Assembly: GCA_913063375.1 (NCBI GenBank)
Contig: CAJXXR010000002.1
Span: 44,448 to 108,447, forward strand
Source: an uncultured Flavobacteriales bacterium
Lineage (GTDB): Bacteria; Bacteroidota; Bacteroidia; Flavobacteriales; CAJXXR01
DNA length: 64,000 bases
Direction: 5' to 3'
Shown here: one piece after another, positions 39,512-49,930 of the stretch
Layout: each line of letters opens with the position of its first letter
Position numbering within the stretch: position 1 is the first letter of the stretch
The notes under the pieces: generated by a model
What the model saw: only the letters and a program-made list of their open reading frames with translations
Database searches by the model: none
Told to the model about the DNA's origin: nothing
Program-made: the position numbers and the translations under genes

Positions 39512-40642
39512 ATGAAAAAATATATCAGTTTATTCGCCATAGCTCTTTTATTCTCTTGTTCAGAGGATGATTTAGCAATTTTGAAAACAGAAAGAAATGA
39601 CTTGAAAGAAGCTATTTCTCTTCATAAAGCTTCCTTGTTGGAGGTTGAAGGGAAGATTAAGGCTATTGAAGGAGAGGAGAAAAAGGTTTATGAGGTTACT
39701 ACACTTTCATTAGCTAGTTCAACTTTCCAACATTTCTTTGAAGTACAAGGTTCTGTTGAAGCAGATAAAGTAATAAATGTAAACCCAGAAGCTACTGGAA
39801 GTATCCGCACCATTCAGGTAGAAGAAGGACAACGTGTTCAAACAGGACAGGTTTTAGCAACGTTGGATTCTGAGATTCTTACAAATGGAATCAAGGAGCT
39901 GGAAGTGTCGCTTAAATTAGCTAAAATACTGTTTGAAAAACAAGATCGTTTGTACAAACAAAATATTGGTTCAGAGATTCAATATTTACAAGCAAAATCT
40001 AACTATGAAGGATTGCTTTCTAAGCTGGAGACCATGAAATCTCAGGAGGATCTTTATATAGTGAAAGCTCCCTTTTCAGGAATTGTAGATGAAATTTTCC
40101 CTAAGGTTGGTGAATTGGCAATGCCTCAAGGAACTATTTTAAGATTGGTGAACTTGGATAAAGTAAAAGTAGAGTCTGAGATCTCTGAAAAATACATTCC
40201 TATTATAAAGAAAGGAACAGTGGTAGCATTGAATTTTTCTTCGCTAGATAAGCAAATGGAGAGTGAAATTAGCCGTACTGGAGAATTTATCAACCCTGCA
40301 AATAGATCTTATAAGATTCAAATTGCTATGGAAAATGCTGACCATGATTTGAAACCTAATATGATTGCAACCTTGCAAATTAAAGATTTCGAACAAGAAA
40401 ATGCAATTTCGATTCCGGCAAATAGTATTCAGCAAGATCACAATGGTAATGAATATGTTTTTATAGCTGTAAAGAAAGGAGCTATGCTATTTGCAGAAAA
40501 ACGTACTATCGAGACAGGATTGAGTTATAATAATTCCATTTATGTGAAGTCTGGATTGAAAACTGGTGATCGATTGATTATGAAAGGTGCTAGAAATATC
40601 AAGGATGGACAGGAAATTTCAGTGAGATCTAAAAAAGCTTAA
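39512..40642 (+). CDS. RND efflux periplasmic adaptor (lipoprotein)
   Basis: Lipobox LFSC, VEEGQRVQTGQ, VKAPFSG, LKPNM. Confidence 0.93.
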   Translation: MKKYISLFAIALLFSCSEDDLAILKTERNDLKEAISLHKASLLEVEGKIKAIEGEEKKVYEVTTLSLASSTFQHFFEVQGSVEADKVINVNPEATGSIRTIQVEEGQRVQTGQVLATLDSEILTNGIKELEVSLKLAKILFEKQDRLYKQNIGSEIQYLQAKSNYEGLLSKLETMKSQEDLYIVKAPFSGIVDEIFPKVGELAMPQGTILRLVNLDKVKVESEISEKYIPIIKKGTVVALNFSSLDKQMESEISRTGEFINPANRSYKIQIAMENADHDLKPNMIATLQIKDFEQENAISIPANSIQQDHNGNEYVFIAVKKGAMLFAEKRTIETGLSYNNSIYVKSGLKTGDRLIMKGARNIKDGQEISVRSKKA

Positions 40643-40645
40643 GCG

Positions 40646-43600
40646 ATGAGCGTAAATAAGAAAGAAAAACACAAAGAGTTTGGTTTATCGACGTTGTCGA
40701 TAAACAATAAGGTCTCGGTTTATGTACTTACGGTAATTATATTATTGATGGGGTATACGGCATTTAATACAATGCCGAAGGAAAATTTCCCAGAAGTTGT
40801 CATGCCGGAAATATACATAGGGACTCCATATCCAGGAAATTCTCCATTGGATATTGAAAAACTGATTACTCGACCTTTAGAGAAAGAGATAAATTCCATT
40901 ACAGGGATTGATGAAATAACTTCTACATCAGTACAGGGTTATTCAACAATCAAGGTGGCTTTTGATTTTGGAATAGAGCCTTCTGAGGCACTACAAAAGG
41001 TAAAAGATAAGATTGATATTGCTATGTCGGATGCAGATTTCCCTAAGGATCTTCCTGCAGACCCGAATGCTTTTGAGATGAATTTCTCGGAGTTAATTCC
41101 TATTATGAACATCAATCTTTCAGGGAATTTTTCATTGGCTCAATTAAAAGAGTATGGAGAGGTTTTGGAGGATAAGATTGAAGACATTCAGGAAATCTCA
41201 AAAGTAGATGTCCGTGGGGTAATGGATAAAGAGGTGAAGATCGAATTGGATCTTCATAAATTGGAATCCATGGAGTTGAACTTCGATGATATAGCGCAAG
41301 CTATTCAAATGGAGAATGTATCCATCTCAGGGGGTGATTTATTGTTGGATGACTATAGAAGAAATGTTCGAATAGTTGGAGAATTCAGTTCAATAGATGA
41401 AATAGGTGACATCATTGTTAAACGTGAAAAACAGAATATTGTTTATCTACGTGATATTGCAGATGTCAAATTTGAAGAAGAAGAGAAGGAATCCTATGCT
41501 AGGGAATTCAGTGCTCCAGTTGTTTCTTTGGATATTATCAAACGTGCAGGTGAAAACTTACTTTCAGCTTCTGATGAAATTAATAAGATATTAGAAGAAT
41601 CTAGAGGGGTAGATTTTCCAGATAATTTAAGTGTTACTATTACAAGTGATCAGTCTGATATGACCCGAAACCAGGTTGATGAGCTTTTGAATAGTATCAT
41701 CTTTGGGGTTATTCTAGTAGTCTTTGTATTGCTATTCTTTTTAGGATTAAGAAATGCCTTATTTGTTGGTATTGCGATTCCACTTTCGATGCTGTTGTCA
41801 TTTGCCATATTGTCTGCCATGGGTGTGACGATGAATGTAATGGTTTTATTCTCTCTTGTATTAGCGCTGGGGATGTTGGTTGATAATGGGATTGTTGTTG
41901 TTGAGAATGTCTACCGTTTGATGCAGGAAGGTTATGGGCCGATTAAAGCTGCGAAGTATGGAGTAGGAGAGGTTGCGCTTCCTATTATTGCATCTACAGC
42001 TACTACTTTAGCGGTATTCCTTCCGTTGGCTATGTGGCCAGGGCAGATGGGTGAATTTATGAAGTATTTGCCTATTACCTTAATGATTGTATTGAGTTCA
42101 TCCCTTTTTGTTGCACTGGTAATAAATCCTGTACTTACTTCAGTATTGATGAAGGTGGAGGCTAATAAATCCCATAAAAAGAGAGCTCTGAAAGGTTCAT
42201 TGATACTAATTGCCCTTTCTGTACTATTTATGGTGCTTTCAGGAATTGGATGGTTTACTAGTTTATTATTGTTCTCAGGTATTATTTGGTTGGTCAATAC
42301 TTTTGCTTTGGAGCCCGCATCTTTTTGGTTCCAAGAGCAGTTCTTGCCAAAACTTGAAAATGCCTATGAGTCCTTTTTAAGTTATTGGCTAAAAGGATGG
42401 CGTCCAGTATTTTTATTCTTTGGGATGTTTGCCATGTTGATTGGTTCGATCATGATATTTATGATGAATTCGCCAAAGATTTTATTCTTCCCAGACAATG
42501 AGCCACGCTATGTGAATGTTTTCTTAGAGCTCCCTGTTGGAAGTGATATTGAGGCTTCAAATTCACTTGCAAAAGAGGTGGAAGGGAAAGTAGCCAAGGC
42601 AATGGCTGTCTATGAAGAAGATGTAAATGGTGAAAATGTAAACTATTTAGTTACTTCAATCTTAGGGCAGGTTGGGAATGGTACTTCAGATCCTAATGAA
42701 GGTCCTTCAATGAGTACCACGCCAAATAAAGCGCGTATTTCAGTTTCCTTTATAGAATCGAAATTACGTCGCGGGAAGAGTACTATGGAAGTAATGGAGG
42801 AAATCCGTGAGGCTGTAGGTTCTTACCCTGGTGTTCAAGTTACGGTATCCAAAGATCCAGCAGGGCCACCACAAGGAGCGCCTATTAGCATTGAGATAGC
42901 AGGTGATGATTATGAAGAATTGATCATTGAAGCAGATAATGTGCGAAATTATTTAGATAATTTCAATCTTGCTGGAATTGAACAATTGAAGTTGGATGTT
43001 AAACGTGGAAAACCAGAGCTTCCGATAATAATTGATAGAGATAAAGCAAGAAGATTTGATCTTTCGACAGCTCAAATTGGGGATGTATTAAGAACATCCT
43101 TATTTGGAAAGGAAGTTTCTACGTATAAAGAAGGAGAGGATGATTATCCAATTATGGTTCGTTTAAAGGATCAGTACCGTTATAATGTGGATAATTTGAT
43201 GAATCAGAAAATTACCTTCAGAAATAATATGACAGGTAATATCCATCAAGTTCCTATTTCTGCTGTGGCAACTGCTAAGCGTACTTCAACTTTCTCTGCT
43301 GTTAAACGTAAAGATTTAACAAGAGTAATTACCATTACCTCAAATGTATTGGAAGGATTCAATGCTACTGAAATAAATGATGAACTAAAAGAGATTTTGC
43401 TTGATTATGAAATGCCTGATAATGTTTCATATTCATTCTCAGGACAGCAAGAGAAGCAAGCGGAGGAAATGTCCTTTTTGACTGGTGCATTGATGATAGC
43501 AGTTTTCTTGATTTTCTTAATTATGGTAACGCAGTTTAATTCGGTTATTTCTCCATTTATCATTATGTTCTCTGTAATCTTTAGTTTAATTGGGGTTCTA

Positions 43601-44089
43601 ATGGGCTTGGTTATCTTCGAAATGGATTTCGTAGTTATCATGCACATGATTGGTATTATCTCACTGGCAGGTATTGTAGTAAATAATGCCATTGTATTGA
43701 TGGATTATACAGATCTGGTACGTGAAAGAAAGAAGGAAGAACTGGGAATAAAGGAAAATAAACGTTTACCATTGAATGAATTGATGGATAGTATTGTTCA
43801 TGCTGGGAAAACACGTCTTCGTCCAGTATTACTAACAGCTATTACAACAGTCTTAGGATTGTTGCCATTGGCTTTAGGGATCAATATTGATTTCTTTACT
43901 TTGATGACAGATATGGATCCAAATATCTTTATCGGTGGAGATAACGTAATATTCTGGGGGCCTATGTCATGGGCGATTATATTCGGTTTGACATTTGCAA
44001 CCTTCTTAACCTTGGTTGTAGTACCTGTTATGTATTACCTTTCTGATAAGGTTACGTATAAAATTTTAAAGATGTTTAAAAAGCTCTAA
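40646..44089 (+). CDS. RND efflux transporter permease (AcrB/AcrD/AcrF family)
   Basis: GMLVDNGIVVVEN, GIVVNNAIVL, RLRPVLLTA. Confidence 0.96.
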   Translation: MSVNKKEKHKEFGLSTLSINNKVSVYVLTVIILLMGYTAFNTMPKENFPEVVMPEIYIGTPYPGNSPLDIEKLITRPLEKEINSITGIDEITSTSVQGYSTIKVAFDFGIEPSEALQKVKDKIDIAMSDADFPKDLPADPNAFEMNFSELIPIMNINLSGNFSLAQLKEYGEVLEDKIEDIQEISKVDVRGVMDKEVKIELDLHKLESMELNFDDIAQAIQMENVSISGGDLLLDDYRRNVRIVGEFSSIDEIGDIIVKREKQNIVYLRDIADVKFEEEEKESYAREFSAPVVSLDIIKRAGENLLSASDEINKILEESRGVDFPDNLSVTITSDQSDMTRNQVDELLNSIIFGVILVVFVLLFFLGLRNALFVGIAIPLSMLLSFAILSAMGVTMNVMVLFSLVLALGMLVDNGIVVVENVYRLMQEGYGPIKAAKYGVGEVALPIIASTATTLAVFLPLAMWPGQMGEFMKYLPITLMIVLSSSLFVALVINPVLTSVLMKVEANKSHKKRALKGSLILIALSVLFMVLSGIGWFTSLLLFSGIIWLVNTFALEPASFWFQEQFLPKLENAYESFLSYWLKGWRPVFLFFGMFAMLIGSIMIFMMNSPKILFFPDNEPRYVNVFLELPVGSDIEASNSLAKEVEGKVAKAMAVYEEDVNGENVNYLVTSILGQVGNGTSDPNEGPSMSTTPNKARISVSFIESKLRRGKSTMEVMEEIREAVGSYPGVQVTVSKDPAGPPQGAPISIEIAGDDYEELIIEADNVRNYLDNFNLAGIEQLKLDVKRGKPELPIIIDRDKARRFDLSTAQIGDVLRTSLFGKEVSTYKEGEDDYPIMVRLKDQYRYNVDNLMNQKITFRNNMTGNIHQVPISAVATAKRTSTFSAVKRKDLTRVITITSNVLEGFNATEINDELKEILLDYEMPDNVSYSFSGQQEKQAEEMSFLTGALMIAVFLIFLIMVTQFNSVISPFIIMFSVIFSLIGVLMGLVIFEMDFVVIMHMIGIISLAGIVVNNAIVLMDYTDLVRERKKEELGIKENKRLPLNELMDSIVHAGKTRLRPVLLTAITTVLGLLPLALGINIDFFTLMTDMDPNIFIGGDNVIFWGPMSWAIIFGLTFATFLTLVVVPVMYYLSDKVTYKILKMFKKL

Positions 44090-44106
44090 GCTAATTGAAA
44101 CTATTC

Positions 44107-44143
44107 AAAGCCCCTTTGTCAACTGATAAAGGGGCTTTTTTTT
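44107..44143 (+). terminator. Intrinsic terminator of the efflux operon
   Basis: aaagcccctttgtca-ac-tgataaaggggc followed by a T-tract. Confidence 0.88.
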
Positions 44144-44174
44144 TGTATATTTATCGACTCATTATTCCCCAACT

Positions 44175-47100
44175 ATGTGTCGTTTTCTTGTTTTATTTGT
44201 TTTTTTATCCTGTAGGATTTTTGCCAATGATGCAGAAATTGGACTAGTGTCAGACTCCCTAGTCAATGAGAAATCCTATGATTTGTTTGTTCAAAGTTAT
44301 AGGTATTTTACTCAAAATAAATCGGACTCTGCTTTTTTAAAAATGGAAGAGTTGGATGATTACCTTTCTCAAGGTGACTACCCGGTTTTAGCGATTCATT
44401 ATAGGTCTTTGGGTTCTGCTATTTCTGCCAAGTTTGGTTTCTTTAAACAAAGCTTAAAGAAATCCATTGAAGCCGAAGAGATGGGACATCTGGAGCTAGA
44501 TAGCCTACATGATGAATGGGGGGTAGTCTATGGGAATTTTGCCTATTATTTTAATGCATTAGGTCTTGAAGATCGGGCCTTGGAATACATGAATCGGGCG
44601 CAGGTTATCTTACGCGTAAATAAGGAGGAGAATCCTATTGTTCTGATTGAGAATACCTTCAATTTAGCTTCAAAAGCTCAAAATAAAAATGATTTTAAAA
44701 CCGTGTTAAGTCTGTTTGATGAGGTGGAGGAATATTTGCCTTACTTGAAGCCCAAACAAATCACAATCCGGATAAAATACTACACTAAAAAAGCGAAATT
44801 TTATCTAGGGATTGGGCGGGAGATTGAAGGTGGACGGCTATTACAGAAAGCTATCTCTTTAATGGATGAGCATGATATTAGTGATTTTAAGAACTTAAAA
44901 TTAAAGCACGACTTATTGGCTTTCTATTATTATAGAATTGGAAAGCGAGAAGATGAGCTAGTACATCGCCAAAAATTGGAGGAGCTGTACACCGTTGAAA
45001 TAATTAATGTGGGTAGGTTGGCTAACCTTCATAATATGGCTATGGCTTATGAATTTTTAGAGCAGAATGAAAAAGCGATGTCTATTCATAAAAGAACTTT
45101 AGCACTTCAGAAAGAAATAGGAGGGTTTGCGTATTATGACCTTCTTACATATTTAAGTCAAGTGTCTGTTTTAGAAGCCATGCAGAGATATAGAGAGGCT
45201 TTGGAACTATGTGATTTTGCAATTCAATTTGCCCAAGAGAATGACTTGGTAGCAACTTTTGGATATCCAGAGTTATTCTTGTTGAAGGCCAGTATATTGC
45301 AAGATTTGGGGGCAAATAGGGAGGATATAGAAAAGGAATTCCGAATTTCTATAAAATATTTTAAGATGCAATATTCATCTTCACATTCAAAACTGGCTGA
45401 GATTTATTTGGAATATGCTGGTTTTTTGAAGGAACAAGGTGAAAATAAAATGGCCTTAACTCAATTGGATTTGGCGAAAAATGCCAATTTAATTGTACAA
45501 GATAGTCAAGAGGAAAGTGTTATAGGAAAGCATGTTTGGAGCCCAAAATTAAATTATAAAATTGCATTGGAGAGATCCAAATATACGGGAGAGTTAAACA
45601 GGGAGGGATATTCTAAAAAAGAGCATTTACTTAGCCTCGAAGGAGCATTGGCAGACTTAAGGATGTATATCCGCAGCCTAGCGCATATGGATCAAAAGAT
45701 GGCTCAGTTTTCGGTAATGGATTCGTTGTCCTCTAAAATTGTAGGGCTCTGTTTTACTTTAGATAAAGCGGATTCACCTGATTATTTTTTTAAGGCATTA
45801 TCCACTGCTGAAGATGCACATGGGATATTACTACAAGAAAATTTAACGATGTATAGCACCTATAAAAGGTCAGATGTTTCGGAAGATTTGATTGCTGAAA
45901 TAAAGAGTAGAAAAGGGGAAATAGAAGGGTATAGGGCTTTACTATTGGAAAATCCATCCGATTCTATTTACGATATATTGACTGGAAAGTTAATGAGTTT
46001 GGTGGAGTTTAAACAAGGTCTTTTTAGTGTTTATCCCAAATTGTCAAGCTCAAGGGATTTGAAGGTGCTTTCTAAGAAGGATATAGTTAATTCCATTGGG
46101 GAGGATGAACTCTTGGTTTCTTATTATATGTCGGAAAATCACCTGTATATTTTCTACAATTCACATTCGGATCATGGATGGGAAAGGATCCCTTTTCAGG
46201 CCGCCGAATTTGCGAAAGAAGTGAAAGGGTATAGAGAAGCTGTTAAGGATAGTGATTTCGAACAATTTGGGAAACATTCTTATGCGATATATCAACTTCT
46301 TATCGCTCCAATATCAGATAGAATAGAGGGGAGGAAATTGGTGATTATTCCACATGGTTTATTGAGTACAATCGCCTTTGACTGTCTTATTACTGAACCT
46401 ATCGGAGCGATGGTTGGTTTCAATAAATTGGATTATTTAATAAAAGAAAATAGCATTGAATATGCCTATGGAATCAGAATGTTTTGTTCAGAGGATGCCT
46501 ATCCTATTGACCAAAATAAATATTTAGGTATAGCTCCAGATTATAGTGGTTATGAAGATTTAAAGGCAATACCTATGGCAGAGGAGGAAATCATAAAAGT
46601 TTCTGAGCTATTTAATGGGGTGGTTTTAAGTAAAGAAAAAGCATCAGAGCGAGGGCTTCGGTCTAGTTTAAAACAAGCAAATTTGGTTCATATTGCTGCG
46701 CATGCACATGTGGATAGTAAGCATGTTTATAATTCCAAAATTATCTTGAGTGCTACTGGAGATAGTCTATATGATGATCAGCTATTTGCCCATGAACTCT
46801 TGAATCTTCCTGTATCGGCTAATTTAGTCGTTTTAAATGCCTGTAGTTCTGGAGCAGGTGAATTGGTGCGTTCTGAAGGGGTGATGAGTTTGGGACGTAG
46901 TTTGAAGTATGCAGGTGCAAATAGTGTAATTATGAATCTTTGGGATGTATCCGATAAGCATTCTTCAACCCTTTTAGGTGGATTTTTTAAGTCATTTAAA
47001 AACCATGAGTCTGCTGCAGTAGCGCTTAGAAATGAGAAGATCAATTATTTGGAAAATGCTGATGCTATAAATGCAGCTCCTTTATTTTGGGCAGCACCTG

Positions 47101-47234
47101 TATTGTTAGGTCGACCTGTGCCAATAAAGGCTGATGGTGATTTTGAAATTTGGATCTATTGCCTTTTAATTATTGGCAGTGTATTGATTTGGAGATTATT
47201 TAAAAAGGGTCCAAAACGGAGGTCCAAAAATTAA
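44175..47234 (+). CDS. TPR + CHAT (caspase-like) domain protein with signal peptide and C-terminal TM helix
   Basis: LVIIPHGLL, VHIAAHA (His), LVVLNACSSG (Cys), EGVMSL, MNLWDVSD, FWAAPVLLG; hydrophobic tail followed by basic residues. Confidence 0.9.
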   Translation: MCRFLVLFVFLSCRIFANDAEIGLVSDSLVNEKSYDLFVQSYRYFTQNKSDSAFLKMEELDDYLSQGDYPVLAIHYRSLGSAISAKFGFFKQSLKKSIEAEEMGHLELDSLHDEWGVVYGNFAYYFNALGLEDRALEYMNRAQVILRVNKEENPIVLIENTFNLASKAQNKNDFKTVLSLFDEVEEYLPYLKPKQITIRIKYYTKKAKFYLGIGREIEGGRLLQKAISLMDEHDISDFKNLKLKHDLLAFYYYRIGKREDELVHRQKLEELYTVEIINVGRLANLHNMAMAYEFLEQNEKAMSIHKRTLALQKEIGGFAYYDLLTYLSQVSVLEAMQRYREALELCDFAIQFAQENDLVATFGYPELFLLKASILQDLGANREDIEKEFRISIKYFKMQYSSSHSKLAEIYLEYAGFLKEQGENKMALTQLDLAKNANLIVQDSQEESVIGKHVWSPKLNYKIALERSKYTGELNREGYSKKEHLLSLEGALADLRMYIRSLAHMDQKMAQFSVMDSLSSKIVGLCFTLDKADSPDYFFKALSTAEDAHGILLQENLTMYSTYKRSDVSEDLIAEIKSRKGEIEGYRALLLENPSDSIYDILTGKLMSLVEFKQGLFSVYPKLSSSRDLKVLSKKDIVNSIGEDELLVSYYMSENHLYIFYNSHSDHGWERIPFQAAEFAKEVKGYREAVKDSDFEQFGKHSYAIYQLLIAPISDRIEGRKLVIIPHGLLSTIAFDCLITEPIGAMVGFNKLDYLIKENSIEYAYGIRMFCSEDAYPIDQNKYLGIAPDYSGYEDLKAIPMAEEEIIKVSELFNGVVLSKEKASERGLRSSLKQANLVHIAAHAHVDSKHVYNSKIILSATGDSLYDDQLFAHELLNLPVSANLVVLNACSSGAGELVRSEGVMSLGRSLKYAGANSVIMNLWDVSDKHSSTLLGGFFKSFKNHESAAVALRNEKINYLENADAINAAPLFWAAPVLLGRPVPIKADGDFEIWIYCLLIIGSVLIWRLFKKGPKRRSKN

Positions 47235-48182
47235 TAGAAGGATTAATAGGTTGAAGGCTAAATGTATTTTAATGTTTTCCCTTTTATGCATGAAGTAATT
47301 ACTCAGTAGTAAGGTAATTGGAATACAAGTCAAGAGATAAGCTTCTGGATTTAAATTCAGCATAAAAAACACCACAATCAAAGGGCTGGTCCATAAAATA
47401 AAAGATAACGAAAAGCGTTTTTGGATATTTTTCTGTGAAAATGCTTTGTTCAAATCTGAAAATGCAGCAATAAAATACATACTTACAATGAGAGCAGAGA
47501 GGTAGTCACCCAAATCTAGCTGGCTCATCAACTGGCTAAGTTGAAACTCTAGAGTGAAATAGTTTGAAATAGTGGCAAATGGAGTTTCTAGAATGGTTAG
47601 CTCATAGCTAATGAAAAAACTAAAAGGCAAGGCTAGTCCAAGTAAAGTTACCATCCAATTTCTCAATTCTGATAATCCATAAATCAAGATGAAAAGAATT
47701 AAACTGAGTGAAATTACGCTTAGTTCTGGGCAGATAATACTCGATACGGAAAGCAATATTGCTGCATTGAATAGGTTGGTCTGTACATTTTTAGCTGGAT
47801 AAACTCTTAGGAGTTTATCAAAAGCTAGGAGTATAAATAGTTGACCTAGAACTATTGGTGATAGGTATAGCGTATGGAACGAACTTGAAAATAAGATGTA
47901 CAAAAGTACAGGGAGTACGGAGTTTTGTTTTACCAATCCATTGTTTACGGCAATTCTATTCATCCACGAAGCCTGTACGAAGAGTAAGATAAAGGATAGG
48001 AGAATAGAAAAAATTGTATGGGTTGAAAAGAAATTCCAAAAACCACTAAAAAGGGGGTATTCCCCAGCATAATTAGGTGATTCAGGTAATTGTATAAATA
48101 GAAAACCCCTTGAAATGATTGCCAGAATCAGAACAAAAATAAGAATGATAGGTTTTGATTGTTTAAATAATTTCAGGAGCAT
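47196..48182 (-). CDS. Conserved multi-pass membrane protein (DUF6427-like)
   Basis: About 10 hydrophobic segments; family name from recall only. Confidence 0.6.
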   Translation of the reverse strand: MLLKLFKQSKPIILIFVLILAIISRGFLFIQLPESPNYAGEYPLFSGFWNFFSTHTIFSILLSFILLFVQASWMNRIAVNNGLVKQNSVLPVLLYILFSSSFHTLYLSPIVLGQLFILLAFDKLLRVYPAKNVQTNLFNAAILLSVSSIICPELSVISLSLILFILIYGLSELRNWMVTLLGLALPFSFFISYELTILETPFATISNYFTLEFQLSQLMSQLDLGDYLSALIVSMYFIAAFSDLNKAFSQKNIQKRFSLSFILWTSPLIVVFFMLNLNPEAYLLTCIPITLLLSNYFMHKRENIKIHLAFNLLILLLIFGPPFWTLFK

Positions 48183-48225
48183 AATTTTTTTTCTATTTTT
48201 GTCCCGGATCCAAACACTTTATACA

Positions 48226-48387
48226 ATGAATGATTTTCTATATGGCTTGGGTGATTTTTTCACATCAAGTTTTGAAATTCTACCAGTAATTGGTGGTTTC
48301 GCCAATGTAGGTGTAGCTCTAGTTTTGGCTGTTTGCTTAGCAAAAGCCTTTACGGTAGTTATCGCAGAAGACTATAAGGGAGCATAA
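48226..48387 (+). CDS. Small 53-aa single-pass membrane protein
   Basis: TATTTTTG promoter element at 48194, ATG at 48226, one hydrophobic helix, terminator overlapping the stop codon. Confidence 0.65.
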   Translation: MNDFLYGLGDFFTSSFEILPVIGGFANVGVALVLAVCLAKAFTVVIAEDYKGA

Positions 48388-48405
48388 TGCTCCCTTATTT
48401 TTTTT
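48374..48405 (+). terminator. Intrinsic terminator overlapping the small-ORF stop codon
   Basis: ataagggagca-taa-tgctcccttat followed by a T-tract. Confidence 0.85.
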
Positions 48406-48406
48406 A

Positions 48407-49678
48407 CTAAAGGTCGAATCCGATATCTCCTCTGTAATATTTCTTATCGAAGTTTACTTTTTCCAAATTGGTATATGATTTTGCTAAGGCCTCTTCTGGA
48501 TTGTTCCCATAAGAAGTCATTGCTATCACACGACCACCATTTGTAAGTACCTTATCTCCATCAGTTGTCGTTCCAGCATGGAAAGCGATACTATTTCTGA
48601 TGTCTTTAAGCCCCGTAATCTCTTTGCCTTTTTCGTATGCTTCTGGATATCCACCGGAAACCATCATAACGGTACATACCGTTCTTGGGTCAAGCTCCAG
48701 TTCAACTTCATCCAATCTACCTTCTCCAACCATTTGGAACATTTCTACCATGTCACTTTTGATACGTGGCATAACGACTTCCGTTTCTGGGTCACCTAGA
48801 CGAACATTGTATTCAATTACAAAAGGATCATTTCCAACACGGATCAATCCAATAAATACAAAACCTTTATAAGGTAATTCATCTTTTTGAATACCTTCTA
48901 CGGTAGGACGTACAATTCTATCTTCTACCTTTTGAAGGAATTCAGCATCTGCAAATGGTACTGGAGAAATAGCTCCCATTCCACCTGTATTCAGTCCTGT
49001 ATCTCCTTCTCCGATACGTTTATAGTCCTTTGCATTTGGAAGGATCTTATAGCTCTTTCCATCTGTCAATACAAAACATGACATCTCAATTCCAGAAAGG
49101 AATTCTTCTATAACTACCTTTGCTCCAGCAGAACCAAATTTGTTATCCATAATCATGGATCTCAGTTCTCTTTTGGCTTCTTCAAGGTCCTCAATGATAA
49201 GAACACCTTTACCTGCTGCTAATCCATCTGCCTTAAGTACATACGGAGCTTTTAGGCTTTCAAGGAAAGTATATCCTTCATCCAGATTACCTGCATGGAA
49301 GCTTTGGTAAGCTGCCGTTGGAATATTATGACGCATCATAAACTCCTTTGCAAATTCTTTACTCCCTTCTAGTTCAGCTCCTGCTTTCTGAGGGCCTATA
49401 ACTGGAATGTTTTTCAGGTCAGCATCTGCCAAAAAGAAATCGTGGATACCTGCCACCAACGGTGCTTCTGGTCCTACAACTACTAGCTGTACATTGTTGT
49501 CTAAAACAAAAGCCTTGATAGCATCAAAGTCAGTTTCTTTAATTGGGACATTCTCCCCTAAAAGGGCTGTTCCAGCATTTCCTGGAGCAATGAATAATTT
49601 ATCCAACTTTGGGCTTTGAGCCATTTTCCAAGATAGTGCGTGTTCGCGACCTCCCGATCCTATAAGCAAAACGTTCAT
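48407..49678 (-). CDS. purD: Phosphoribosylamine--glycine ligase
   Basis: GSGGREHAL, KADGLAAGKGV, GLNTGGMG, EYNVRLGDPE. Confidence 0.98.
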   Translation of the reverse strand: MNVLLIGSGGREHALSWKMAQSPKLDKLFIAPGNAGTALLGENVPIKETDFDAIKAFVLDNNVQLVVVGPEAPLVAGIHDFFLADADLKNIPVIGPQKAGAELEGSKEFAKEFMMRHNIPTAAYQSFHAGNLDEGYTFLESLKAPYVLKADGLAAGKGVLIIEDLEEAKRELRSMIMDNKFGSAGAKVVIEEFLSGIEMSCFVLTDGKSYKILPNAKDYKRIGEGDTGLNTGGMGAISPVPFADAEFLQKVEDRIVRPTVEGIQKDELPYKGFVFIGLIRVGNDPFVIEYNVRLGDPETEVVMPRIKSDMVEMFQMVGEGRLDEVELELDPRTVCTVMMVSGGYPEAYEKGKEITGLKDIRNSIAFHAGTTTDGDKVLTNGGRVIAMTSYGNNPEEALAKSYTNLEKVNFDKKYYRGDIGFDL

Positions 49679-49930
49679 GGAGTACAATTTATCGTTTATG
49701 AATGAGCAATTTCCTTAAATATAAATGCCTAAAAGGCGTTTGTAAATTTAAAAGGAATTATTCCTGCCGTCATTATTTTGCAAAGTAACGAAATTAAGCA
49801 AAAAAGATTCTTAGCTTTGATGGACTATTTAAACCTTTTTTATCTTAATTCCCTTAAAATTATAATTTAAAAGGCTTGATGTTCTAGTAAAGTAGCAATT
49901 ATTCCTTTTCCTGCTTTAGAAAATCAAATT

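Noticed and set aside
49729-49773. 14-codon uORF (MTAGIIPFKFTNAF) or purine-related riboswitch in the purD leader
   Set aside because: No informative codons, no terminator and no recognisable ZTP/PRPP/purine aptamer; likely chance.
49790-49930. Lysine riboswitch upstream of aspartate kinase
   Set aside because: Region too short and AT-rich, with no conserved core.
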